From positions 1,751 to 65,750 of the forward strand of contig JAKAPS010000002.1 in NCBI GenBank assembly GCA_021806925.1: DNA of 64,000 bases, given 5' to 3'. The notes beneath the pieces were generated by a model, which worked only from the letters and a program-made list of their open reading frames with translations, did not search any database and was not told where the DNA came from. Below, piece by piece: positions 49,087 to 57,869 of this stretch; the first letter of the stretch is position 1, and each line of letters begins with the position of its first letter. This stretch comes from a bacterium. Lineage in GTDB: Bacteria; Patescibacteriota; Dojkabacteria; JAKAPS01. The position numbers and the translations under genes are program-made.

Positions 49087-51065
49087 TTCTTCTTCTTTTT
49101 CTTTATACTAGCAATTGTATCTCTTAGTTCTATTGCTTTTTCAAACTGCTGACTTCTTGCATAGGATAACATTTTTTCTTCAAGTTCTTCAAGATTTTTA
49201 TTTATATCTGTTTCATTAGCAGTTTCCTTTTTACTTTGAAGCGATAATTGACTACTTATTTCTTTCCTTACGCTTTGTGGGATGATGTTATTGTTATGAT
49301 TCCATTTCTCCTGAATCTCTCTCCTACGTTTTGTTTCTTCAATACAGTATTTCATTGAATCTGTAATTCTGTTTGCATACATGATTACTCTTCCATTTAT
49401 ATGCCTTGCTGCTCTTCCTGTTGTCTGTATTAGAGATGTCTTTGATCTTAAAAATCCCTCTTTGTCAGCATCAAGGATTGCAACAAGAGAAACTTCAGGC
49501 AAATCGAGGCCTTCTCTAAGTAGGTTTATTCCAATAACTACATCATATTCACCGAGCCTTAGATCATTTAATATTTCATTCCTTTTTATAGTTTCAACTT
49601 CAGAATGAATATATGTGCATTTTATTCCAAGTCCGAGTATATGGCTAGCCAGATCTTCAGACATTCTCTTTGTTAGTGTTGTAACAAGTACTCTTTCATT
49701 TTTTTGTATAGTGAATTGTATTTCCTTCAACAAATCTTTCACTTCATTGTCACTGCTTCTAACTTCTATAACAGGATCAAGTATTCCAGTAGGTCTAATT
49801 ATCTGTTCTGTATATACTTTATCTTTAGGATAATCAATCATTGCTTCTTTTAAGGAATCTTCAGCCAAGTTAAGTTCATATTCATTTGGAGTGGCAGACA
49901 TATATATACATTTGTTTATTCTTTCATTAAATTCATCAAACATTAGAGGTCTGTTATCAAGTGCACTCGGCAATCTGAATCCAAACCTGACCAGTGTTTC
50001 CTTCCTTTGTCTATCTCCTCTGTACATTGCCCTTATTTGAGGGATTGTAATATGAGATTCATCAATTATTAAAAGAAAATCATCTGGAAAATAATCAATT
50101 AAAGTTGAAGGACTACTTCCAACTTCTCTACCTTCTATTATAGACGAATAATTCTCAATTCCACTGCAATATCCTGTTTCTCTCATCAACTCAATATCAT
50201 AATTGGTTCTCTCTTCAATTCTTTGAGCTTCAATTAGTTTGTCTTCCCTTTTGAATTTTTGTACTTGCTCTTTTAATTGCTCCTCTATCTTTGGTATTGC
50301 ACTTAGTACCTTCTCTTGAGGCATTGCAAAGTGTTTACTTGGGAATATCTTAACCTTTTTTGGTGTAGCTAAAACTTCACCAGTTAATGGATTTGATATC
50401 AATATTTTTTCTATTGTGTCACCAAAAAAGACAATCTTATATATTTTCTCTTCATAGCTAGGAAATATATCAATTGTTTCACCAATTACTCTAAAAGTTC
50501 CACGAGTAAAATCTATATCATTCCTTAAATATTGACATATTTTCAGATCATTAAAAAGTCTCTTTCTTTTGTATTCTTTATCGAGCTCAATATCTATTGC
50601 AAGATTACTGTAGTCTTCAGGATCTCCTAATCCGTATATACACGAAACAGATGCAACAATAATACAGTCTCTTTGAGAAAGCAAGCTTGAAGTTGCAATA
50701 TTTCTATATTTTTCAATTTCTTCATTCACCTGACTTTCCTTTTCAATATATGTATCTGTTCTAGGAATATATGCTTCAGGTCTGTAATAGTCATAGTATG
50801 ATATGAAGTATCCTACTCTATTCTTTGGAAAAAACTGCATAAATTCTTCTGCAAGTTGAGCTGCTAGTGTTTTGTTATGTGCTATACACAAGACTGGTTT
50901 ATTGAATTTCTCAATTACGTTTGATATTGTATATGTCTTTCCTGTTCCTGTTGCTCCAAGTAAAACCTGATGTTTTACTCCAGAATTAAGCCTTAAAGAA
51001 AGTTCATTTATTGCTTGGGGCTGATCACCAGATGGAGAAAATTTTGATACTAATTTAAAGTTCAT
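49083..51065 (-). CDS. uvrB: Excinuclease ABC subunit B
   Basis: QVLLGATGTGKTYTISNVIEKFNKPVLCIAHNKTLAAQLAEEFMQFFPKNRVGYFISYYDYYRPEAYIP; helicase motifs. Start placed at MNFKL (51065) because the longer ORF-track start would run into tRNA-Asp. Confidence 0.95.
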   Translation of the reverse strand: MNFKLVSKFSPSGDQPQAINELSLRLNSGVKHQVLLGATGTGKTYTISNVIEKFNKPVLCIAHNKTLAAQLAEEFMQFFPKNRVGYFISYYDYYRPEAYIPRTDTYIEKESQVNEEIEKYRNIATSSLLSQRDCIIVASVSCIYGLGDPEDYSNLAIDIELDKEYKRKRLFNDLKICQYLRNDIDFTRGTFRVIGETIDIFPSYEEKIYKIVFFGDTIEKILISNPLTGEVLATPKKVKIFPSKHFAMPQEKVLSAIPKIEEQLKEQVQKFKREDKLIEAQRIEERTNYDIELMRETGYCSGIENYSSIIEGREVGSSPSTLIDYFPDDFLLIIDESHITIPQIRAMYRGDRQRKETLVRFGFRLPSALDNRPLMFDEFNERINKCIYMSATPNEYELNLAEDSLKEAMIDYPKDKVYTEQIIRPTGILDPVIEVRSSDNEVKDLLKEIQFTIQKNERVLVTTLTKRMSEDLASHILGLGIKCTYIHSEVETIKRNEILNDLRLGEYDVVIGINLLREGLDLPEVSLVAILDADKEGFLRSKTSLIQTTGRAARHINGRVIMYANRITDSMKYCIEETKRRREIQEKWNHNNNIIPQSVRKEISSQLSLQSKKETANETDINKNLEELEEKMLSYARSQQFEKAIELRDTIASIKKKKKK

Positions 51066-51085
51066 TGAGTTAAAAGAACAAAGAA

Positions 51086-51160
51086 CGGTCGTAATGGGAT
51101 TCGAACCCATGATCTTTTCCGTGACAGGGAAACGTGTTAGACCAGCTACACCATACGACC
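51086..51160 (-). tRNA. tRNA-Asp (anticodon GTC)
   Basis: Minus-strand sequence GGTCGTATGGTGTAGCTGGTCTAACACGTTTCCCTGTCACGGAAAAGATCATGGGTTCGAATCCCATTACGACCG. It folds as a cloverleaf with a 7-bp acceptor stem, GTGT/ACAC D-stem, anticodon loop CTGTCAC and T-loop TTCGAAT. CCA is not encoded. Confidence 0.85.
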
Positions 51161-51203
51161 ATTACCCTTATGCAAGATATTATACATGACAGACCATATA
51201 CAA

Positions 51204-51276
51204 AGCAAGAGACGGGACTCGAACCCGCGATCTCTTCCTTGGGAAGGAAGCATTCTACCAACTGAACTACTCTTGC
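51204..51276 (-). tRNA. tRNA-Gly (anticodon CCC)
   Basis: Minus-strand GCAAGAGTAGTTCAGTTGGTAGAATGCTTCCTTCCCAAGGAAGAGATCGCGGGTTCGAGTCCCGTCTCTTGC(T). Acceptor GCAAGAG/CTCTTGC, anticodon stem CTTCC/GGAAG with loop TTCCCAA, T-loop TTCGAGT. Confidence 0.8.
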
Positions 51277-51284
51277 AATTCACT

Positions 51285-51358
51285 AGCCGTTAGTGAGATT
51301 CGGACTCACGACCTCTGCTTTACGAAAGCATTGCTCTACCAAACTGAGCTACAACGGC
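51285..51358 (-). tRNA. tRNA-Thr (anticodon CGT)
   Basis: Minus-strand GCCGTTGTAGCTCAGTTTGGTAGAGCAATGCTTTCGTAAAGCAGAGGTCGTGAGTCCGAATCTCACTAACGGCT. D-stem GCTC/GAGC, anticodon loop TTCGTAA (the 27-43 pair is mismatched), T-loop TCCGAAT. Confidence 0.7.
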
Positions 51359-51386
51359 AAAACAACAACTTTTCAACTCACTTATT

Positions 51387-51416
51387 CTTATATCATTAGT
51401 GTTATATAGGTGTCAA
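51387..51416 (-). promoter_or_regulatory. Candidate promoter for the tRNA-Thr/Gly/Asp operon
   Basis: The minus strand reads TTGACA (plus 51411-51416), an 18-nt spacer, then TATAAG (plus 51387-51392), about 25 nt upstream of the tRNA-Thr 5' end. Confidence 0.4.
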
Positions 51417-51530
51417 TTAATACAGCTGAAATATGAAATAAGAGTTGTAGATGTTTATCTTTTAGTGGAAAATTATATAGAATTCAATAAATGTATTGTT
51501 TTTATATGATTTATATGGTAAATAGATTGG

Positions 51531-51992
51531 GTGGCTGAAGAAAATATTAATCGTGGCGATATAAATAAATTAACCAAAAGATTATGGCAGGAAATAGCCA
51601 ATGTCTTTGGTGACGTAAATACTAGTATGGAAAATAGTGGAGTGGATATATTTCATTCTGATGGCAAAAAATGTTCATTTATTTATCCAAATGGAGATAT
51701 AGAAATTGTGGTTGATGAAGGAAATAATTCATTTACGATTTCCCATCGTATTTTCAATAAAGATGGTAGTAAAACAGTAATTATTTGTGTGTCTAATAAT
51801 GAAATTAAATATGAAGAAAGAATTAGTCAACATTCTGTTGAATGTCGTGGCGATGATCAAAGTATCAATTTTACTCGAGAAACTATTACAACATTTTCAG
51901 CTCCAAGAATAATGTGTGATCCACGTGTTGATAACAAAATTAATCAAATTACTCAATATTTTTCCAGTGCTACAATGGTACAGAATGCTTAA
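51531..51992 (+). CDS. Hypothetical protein
   Basis: 153-aa ORF; no motif recognised. Confidence 0.35.
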   Translation: MAEENINRGDINKLTKRLWQEIANVFGDVNTSMENSGVDIFHSDGKKCSFIYPNGDIEIVVDEGNNSFTISHRIFNKDGSKTVIICVSNNEIKYEERISQHSVECRGDDQSINFTRETITTFSAPRIMCDPRVDNKINQITQYFSSATMVQNA

Positions 51993-52103
51993 AACAGGTT
52001 ATATTCTTGAAATATTGTTTAGTTTTAGAGTGTTCTAGCTTAAGAATACTTATTGGATATATATAGGGTAAAAAGAATACACAAAAATTGAATAAATTTA
52101 GTT

Positions 52104-53072
52104 GTGTGTTATCATATCTATTGTATATATATGAATAATAACAGTCTTGAGCATAGATTTGATACAGATGAAATTAATTCATTTTGTAAATATATAACAG
52201 AGGACTTAGGTTATGATGTAATAAAAATTGAGCAACAATGGAGACATATAACTGGTCGTATTATGTCAAAAGATGGTCATTTATATTTCATAAAAATGGC
52301 TACTACACCAGATATAGGTATAAGGACAAGGACTGAATTTGAATGGCAACAAATCAGAGATTCTTTAGGAATACAATTGCCAATAAAAATCCCAAGGATC
52401 ATTGCTGCAGGTATGTATAAAGGTAAACTATATTGGCATATTTCTGAATATATTGATGGTCCTTTATTAGCTGATTCTACGCATCCAGAGTCTGTAGATG
52501 ATTTGATACAGTATTTACCACAAATTGTGCAAACGATAAAAGCAATTTCAGATATAAAAAGCGACAAACAGTTGCCAAGGGATAAGGAATTTGAAGGTAG
52601 CATTGAAGAAGTGTTAATGAAAGAAATTCAAAAGTGGTCGCCTGACATATCAGTTGATATATCTGAATTAGTTGAATTTATGCTTTCAAGAATTAAATAT
52701 GTAAAGAGAGGGGCATGTCATGGTGATTTTGTTCCATGGCATATCATTAAATCAAATACAGATGGAATGCTTTATTTGATAGACAATGAAAGCACTGCAT
52801 TACATCGACTTTTCCTATATGATTTAGCATATATGTATCATAGAATATATACTAAACTTAAGAATCCATATGTAGCAAGGCTATTACTTGATACATATGA
52901 AAAATTATATGGATTTACTAGTGAAGACAGAGAAGGATTTTTGGCAATCCTAGCGTTGCGTGCTATTGGCGGGTATAAGGATTGTAATGCAGATATTGGT
53001 ATAATTGGAGGTGCTGATGAAACTATGCAGTCACATTTTGTTTCTGACTTATTACATGGAAGGATCTTTTAG
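52104..53072 (+). CDS. Aminoglycoside-phosphotransferase-fold small-molecule kinase (APH/choline-kinase-like)
   Basis: Brenner catalytic motif HGDFVPWHII and downstream LIDNE (D-x-E metal-binding) typical of the APH/CotS/choline-kinase fold. 322 aa. Confidence 0.6.
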   Translation: MCYHIYCIYMNNNSLEHRFDTDEINSFCKYITEDLGYDVIKIEQQWRHITGRIMSKDGHLYFIKMATTPDIGIRTRTEFEWQQIRDSLGIQLPIKIPRIIAAGMYKGKLYWHISEYIDGPLLADSTHPESVDDLIQYLPQIVQTIKAISDIKSDKQLPRDKEFEGSIEEVLMKEIQKWSPDISVDISELVEFMLSRIKYVKRGACHGDFVPWHIIKSNTDGMLYLIDNESTALHRLFLYDLAYMYHRIYTKLKNPYVARLLLDTYEKLYGFTSEDREGFLAILALRAIGGYKDCNADIGIIGGADETMQSHFVSDLLHGRIF

Positions 53073-53127
53073 ATTATTCTTCTCTTGACTTGAACTAAAA
53101 TCAAATTGATTGGTATAATACATATGT

Positions 53128-53769
53128 ATGACAAGATATACATTTAATAATAAGGTAATGCCTTTGTTTTCCCTGTCACTATTTGTGGCTGGTGTTGGAG
53201 CATATTTGGGTCTGACATTTTTTAGCTATCTTGCTTCTAATCCGCTTGTGATGATTCTGAGCTTTATACTAGTACTCGTATTTGCATTTAGCAGAGGAGC
53301 TTTATCAAGGATGAGCCCATATGTTTCTGGTATGATTGTTTATGCATTCTCATTTCTAAACGGTTTACTTTTGTCTAGTATAATAGGATTCTATATTAAT
53401 TCATCAGGAATGATTATTGTATTTGAAGCCTTTGTAATAACAACTTTCATATTTTTAGTCTTGTATTTTGTTGAAGGTAAAATTAATAAGGATTTAGGTA
53501 ATATGGGTCGTATATTATTAATAACTTTGTTTGCAGTTATTATTGCTTCAATTGTAAATATATTTATAGGAGGAAGTATGTTGTTCCTATTAATAAATAT
53601 TGTATCAGTTGTACTGTTTAGTGGATTTATTTTATATGATATAAATCAAATACTACTAAAATATAGTGATAATGATATTTATCCAGCTGTAATGAGTCTA
53701 TTTCTTGATTTTATAAACTTGTTTATAAGAATACTTGAAATACTTGGACTTTTTAGTAGAAGAAGATAA
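53128..53769 (+). CDS. Bax-inhibitor-1 / YccA (TMBIM) family membrane protein
   Basis: Seven predicted TM helices in 213 aa. The C-terminal hallmark YPAVMSLFLDFINLFIRILEIL matches the BI-1 family LYLDiiNlF motif. Confidence 0.7.
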   Translation: MTRYTFNNKVMPLFSLSLFVAGVGAYLGLTFFSYLASNPLVMILSFILVLVFAFSRGALSRMSPYVSGMIVYAFSFLNGLLLSSIIGFYINSSGMIIVFEAFVITTFIFLVLYFVEGKINKDLGNMGRILLITLFAVIIASIVNIFIGGSMLFLLINIVSVVLFSGFILYDINQILLKYSDNDIYPAVMSLFLDFINLFIRILEILGLFSRRR

Positions 53770-53789
53770 TTTCAAAAGTATACATAAAA

Positions 53790-54635
53790 ATGAAAATATC
53801 AGGTAAGGAAATATCGGATAGAATTGATGCTGAAACGCTGAAATTAGTTTTATCATATTGTTCAAGCGGAAGGACTCTACCAAAACTAGTTGTAATTGGA
53901 CTTGATATTTCAGAATCAAGTAAAACATTTGTAAAAAAGAAAGGTGAAAAAGCAGAAAACCTTTCAATTCCATTTGAATTTATTGATTTAGATAAAGAAA
54001 CAGGTATTAGTGAGGTCCTAGAATTGATAGATAAATTAAATAATGATAATAGTGTTGGTAGTATAATATTGCAACACCCTAATAGTCTTACAAAACTAGA
54101 AGAAAGAATTGCATTAGATAGGATAAGTTATTTAAAGGACGTCGATTGCCTTTCAAGCACTAGAATTGGTATGTACACGTCTGATACAACTTCAGATACA
54201 TTGTTTCCAGCAACTGCTCTTGCAGTTAGAGATGTTATACTATACAGTAATACGTCTGTTTCGGGTAAAACAATATCAGTATTAGGTAATAGTTTGATAG
54301 TTGGCAGACCTGTAAGTACTATGCTCTCAAAAATGGGGGCTACGGTGATTACATTAAATAGTCATACACTAAACATCAGTCAATATCTTAACATTTCTGA
54401 TATCATCATATCCGCCGTAGGGAAAAAATCATTAATAAACAGCAATGTGCTAAATAAAAGGATTGAGTTATTTATCGATGTAGGTATAAGTTATGAAAAC
54501 AACAAAATATATGGTGATGGTGATAGAGAATTTATTGAGAGAATTGCAGATAAATATACACCAGTTCCAGGTGGTATTGGTCCTATTAATGTTTCACATA
54601 TATTTCTAACTCATGCGAAATTATCAACAAAATAG
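53790..54635 (+). CDS. folD: Bifunctional methylenetetrahydrofolate dehydrogenase / methenyltetrahydrofolate cyclohydrolase
   Basis: SGKTISVLGNSLIVGRPVSTMLSKMGATVITLNSHT...IIISAVGKKSLI...FIDVGISYENNKIYGDGDRE...YTPVPGGIGPINVSHIF. 281 aa. Confidence 0.9.
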   Translation: MKISGKEISDRIDAETLKLVLSYCSSGRTLPKLVVIGLDISESSKTFVKKKGEKAENLSIPFEFIDLDKETGISEVLELIDKLNNDNSVGSIILQHPNSLTKLEERIALDRISYLKDVDCLSSTRIGMYTSDTTSDTLFPATALAVRDVILYSNTSVSGKTISVLGNSLIVGRPVSTMLSKMGATVITLNSHTLNISQYLNISDIIISAVGKKSLINSNVLNKRIELFIDVGISYENNKIYGDGDREFIERIADKYTPVPGGIGPINVSHIFLTHAKLSTK

Positions 54636-55311
54636 GTCTAAGCATCTGTTGCGTTATGCTATATATACACTATCATTTCTCGTTCTTTTATTGTTAATAT
54701 ATTTCCTATATAGCTTATTTAGAATAAAAAGTGTTGTTGTTGTAAATACGTCTAATATCCAGGCTTCAGATATATCTACAATTAAAACTGAATATGGTAA
54801 GGGTATTGTAGGAAAAGAAATATTTCTGTTTTCAAATAGTTCAGTTGAGTATAAAAACTTAATTTTAATTCAATTTGTAAAAGAATATCCTAACACAATC
54901 AAAATATATGTGAGCATATTACCTGGATATATTGCTATTCAAACAACAAAAGATACAACTCTAGTTACTGTAAGTGGAGGTATATTAGGAACTACATCTA
55001 ATAACTCTAAGAGTAATGCGAACTATATTTATGTTGTATCAGATGTAAATATTGATTCAATTAATATTGATAATTTAATTACAATGGTTAGTGCAATAGA
55101 GAAGATTCCACATTTTACTCCATATGAATTTCATTTAGAAAAGGATAAATTAGTTGTGACATTCTTTAATCATACAAGTGCAGTCTTTAGCTTAACTGAA
55201 AATATATCAACTCAAGTATCAAAAATGGAAGAAACGTATAAATATATTACTATATCAAAATGTTCTATAATAGATTTAAGGTTCTTAAATGTATATTGTA
55301 AAGCTAGTTAA
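54613..55311 (+). CDS. FtsQ/DivIB-like cell-division protein (short cytoplasmic tail, TM, POTRA-like domain)
   Basis: Position immediately upstream of ftsA-ftsZ. TM AIYTLSFLVLLLLIYFLYSLF, followed by IKSVVVVNTSNIQASDI...KNLILIQFVKEYPNTIKIYVSILPGYIAIQTTKD resembling the FtsQ POTRA region (..l..P.V.sv.V.r..P.tL.I.V.E). 232 aa. Confidence 0.5.
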   Translation: MRNYQQNRSKHLLRYAIYTLSFLVLLLLIYFLYSLFRIKSVVVVNTSNIQASDISTIKTEYGKGIVGKEIFLFSNSSVEYKNLILIQFVKEYPNTIKIYVSILPGYIAIQTTKDTTLVTVSGGILGTTSNNSKSNANYIYVVSDVNIDSINIDNLITMVSAIEKIPHFTPYEFHLEKDKLVVTFFNHTSAVFSLTENISTQVSKMEETYKYITISKCSIIDLRFLNVYCKAS

Positions 55312-55361
55312 ATACATATATACTGATGAGAGTAATATATATATTTTGAAATGTATTATTT

Positions 55362-56636
55362 ATGGCAAAGAAACAATTATGTGCTATCGATATAGGCTCT
55401 AATAAAATATGTGCTGTAATTGCAAATATTGAAGATATTTCTAAAATAACAGTCATGGGTGCTGCAACCCAAGCTTCAAGCGGAATTAAGAAAGGTGTTG
55501 TTGTAGATATTGATGAGGCTTCAGAATCAATAAGTAGTTGTTTAAAATCTGCAGAAAGAATGGCTGGAACAACTGTAAGTAGAGCAATAATATCTATATC
55601 AGGGAGTCACATATCGAGTGTTAATTACAAAGGAATAATTGGAATATCTAGAGATGAAATAACTAGTGAGGATATTGCAAGAGCTACTGATAGTGCAAAA
55701 TCTGTTGCTGTTCCATTAAATAAGGATATATTACAGACATTTCCTAGAGAATTTATTATTGATTCACAAGGAGGAATAAAGGATCCAATTGGAATGAGCG
55801 GTATGAGGCTTGAGGTTGATACGCATATAATTTCGGGGAGTAGTTCGACCATAAAGAATATAGAGAAATGCTTAGATGAGGTTAGTGTAAAGGTGGATGA
55901 AATATTCTTTGCTGGATGGGCTGGAAGTGAAGTATGCGTAAATTCTACAGAAAGAGAATTAGGCGCATTATACCTAGATATAGGTGGCGGTACTACTGAT
56001 ATCTGCATATATCAAGATGATTCAATATATTTCTCTGCATCTGTTGATTTTGGAGGAAATAATATTACGTCTGATTTAGCAATTGGGTTAAGAATATCAA
56101 TAGCTGATGCAGAGAGGGTAAAATGTGATGTTATGCAACTTATAAAAAATGCACAAGTAAGAAAATTAAAAAATAGTCAGGATGAGAATAATCCTGAATA
56201 TAATAATTCTGATGAATTAATATTTGATTTATCAGATCTAGGAATAAATGGGACAACTACAAAAGAATTTTTTGACGAGATTGTCGATGCTAGAATAGAA
56301 GAGATTATAGAGAGTATAAAAAAAATAATAATAGATGCCGATATTGAATTTAAATTTCCTGCAGGAGTTATATTATCAGGTGGTTCATCAAAGCTTGCTG
56401 GCATTGCTGAATATGTTGGAAAATACATAGATGCACCGATAAGAGTTGCAACACCTCCTATGTTGTATGGTTTATCTGACGAAATTAATTCTCCAAATTT
56501 CTCAGCAGTTAATGGTATGATTTCATATTATGCAAAGAGAGGCGGAATAAGTAGTAAGGAATCAACAAAAAGAGGCGGTACTTCAAATAACTTCATAAAT
56601 AAGCTAAAATCACTGCTAGGAAATATTACTACATAA
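55362..56636 (+). CDS. ftsA: Cell-division protein FtsA
   Basis: LCAIDIGSNKICAVIA (phosphate-1), LYLDIGGGTTDICIY (phosphate-2), actin-like fold. 424 aa. Confidence 0.9.
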   Translation: MAKKQLCAIDIGSNKICAVIANIEDISKITVMGAATQASSGIKKGVVVDIDEASESISSCLKSAERMAGTTVSRAIISISGSHISSVNYKGIIGISRDEITSEDIARATDSAKSVAVPLNKDILQTFPREFIIDSQGGIKDPIGMSGMRLEVDTHIISGSSSTIKNIEKCLDEVSVKVDEIFFAGWAGSEVCVNSTERELGALYLDIGGGTTDICIYQDDSIYFSASVDFGGNNITSDLAIGLRISIADAERVKCDVMQLIKNAQVRKLKNSQDENNPEYNNSDELIFDLSDLGINGTTTKEFFDEIVDARIEEIIESIKKIIIDADIEFKFPAGVILSGGSSKLAGIAEYVGKYIDAPIRVATPPMLYGLSDEINSPNFSAVNGMISYYAKRGGISSKESTKRGGTSNNFINKLKSLLGNITT

Positions 56637-56651
56637 AATATAAAATAAAAA

Positions 56652-57869
56652 ATGTTGATACAATTAAAAACCGATAACAATCCAGTTGCAGTTATTAAAG
56701 TAGTTGGTGTTGGTGGTGGCGGATGTAATGCTGTAAACACCATGATTAGAGACCATAACATAACTGGAGTTGAATTTATTGCAGTTAATACTGACAAACA
56801 AGCACTTGACAGGTCACTTGCTGAGAAGAAAATTCAGATTGGTTCTGAACTTACAAAGGGGTTAGGTTCTGGTGGTATTGATAAAATTGGAAAATTAAGT
56901 GCAGAAGAGAGTGTAGATTTGATACATGATGCTCTTATAGGAGCAGATATGGTATTTGTAACATGTGGTATGGGTGGAGGAACTGGTACTGGTGCAGCAC
57001 CAGTTATTGCAGGAATAGCAAAGAATTTAGGTGCTTTAACTGTAGGTGTTGTAACAAAACCTTTTCAGTTTGAAGGAAAAAGAAGATTAGCTACTGCACT
57101 TGAGGGAATTGATGAATTAAAGCAAAAAGTTGATACTATGATAGTAGTTCCAAATCAGAGGATTCTTGAAATTATTGACAGAAAGGTTTCATTCCTTGAT
57201 GCAATGAAGCAGGTTGATAATGTATTAGGAAATGGAGTAAAAAGTATATCTGATTTGATAACAAAAACAGGAATGATTAATGTTGATTTTGCAGATGTTA
57301 AAAGTGTTATGAGCGAAGCAGGAAGCGCATTGATGGGTATTGGTAGTGCAACTGGAGAAGATAGAGCAGTAGTAGCTACAAAGGCTGCTATTAATTCACC
57401 TCTGCTTGAATTATCAATAACAGGTGCAACAGGTGTATTGTTTTCTGTAGTTGGAGGAAATGATTTATCAATGATGGAAATTGATGATGCTGCTAATATT
57501 ATTTCTGAACAAGTATCCCCTACTGCAAACATTATTTTTGGATCTAATGTTGATGAAGCAATAACAGATGGAAGTGTTTCTATAACTATCATTGCAACTG
57601 GATTTAATTCTACGAGAGAAGTTATTAAAGAGAAACAAAAATCATTTACAACAAGTCAATCATCAAATGAATACGATGCTGCCAAAAAGAGTGATGATGA
57701 ACTTGGTGATGTAACTCAAATTCTTTCTTCTCAATCAAAAATTGATACTCCTTCATCTCAAAGAAAGAGTGATACGAATGATGAGCATTTTAATGATAAT
57801 AAAAACCCATTACTTGTAGATGGATTAGATGTTCCAGCATTCTTAAGAAAGAAAGTAAATAAGAATTGA
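56652..57869 (+). CDS. ftsZ: Cell-division GTPase FtsZ
   Basis: [18 protein letters not shown] and the tubulin signature [13 protein letters not shown]; T7 loop region NVDFADV. 405 aa. Confidence 0.97.
   Translation: MLIQLKTDNNPVAVIKVVGVGGGGCNAVNTMIRDHNITGVEFIAVNTDKQALDRSLAEKKIQIGSELTKGLGSGGIDKIGKLSAEESVDLIHDALIGADMVFVTCGMGGGTGTGAAPVIAGIAKNLGALTVGVVTKPFQFEGKRRLATALEGIDELKQKVDTMIVVPNQRILEIIDRKVSFLDAMKQVDNVLGNGVKSISDLITKTGMINVDFADVKSVMSEAGSALMGIGSATGEDRAVVATKAAINSPLLELSITGATGVLFSVVGGNDLSMMEIDDAANIISEQVSPTANIIFGSNVDEAITDGSVSITIIATGFNSTREVIKEKQKSFTTSQSSNEYDAAKKSDDELGDVTQILSSQSKIDTPSSQRKSDTNDEHFNDNKNPLLVDGLDVPAFLRKKVNKN

Noticed and set aside
55625-57592. Minus-strand ORFs inside ftsA and ftsZ (127, 83, 89, 145 aa)
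   Set aside because: Antisense to two of the best-supported genes in the window.
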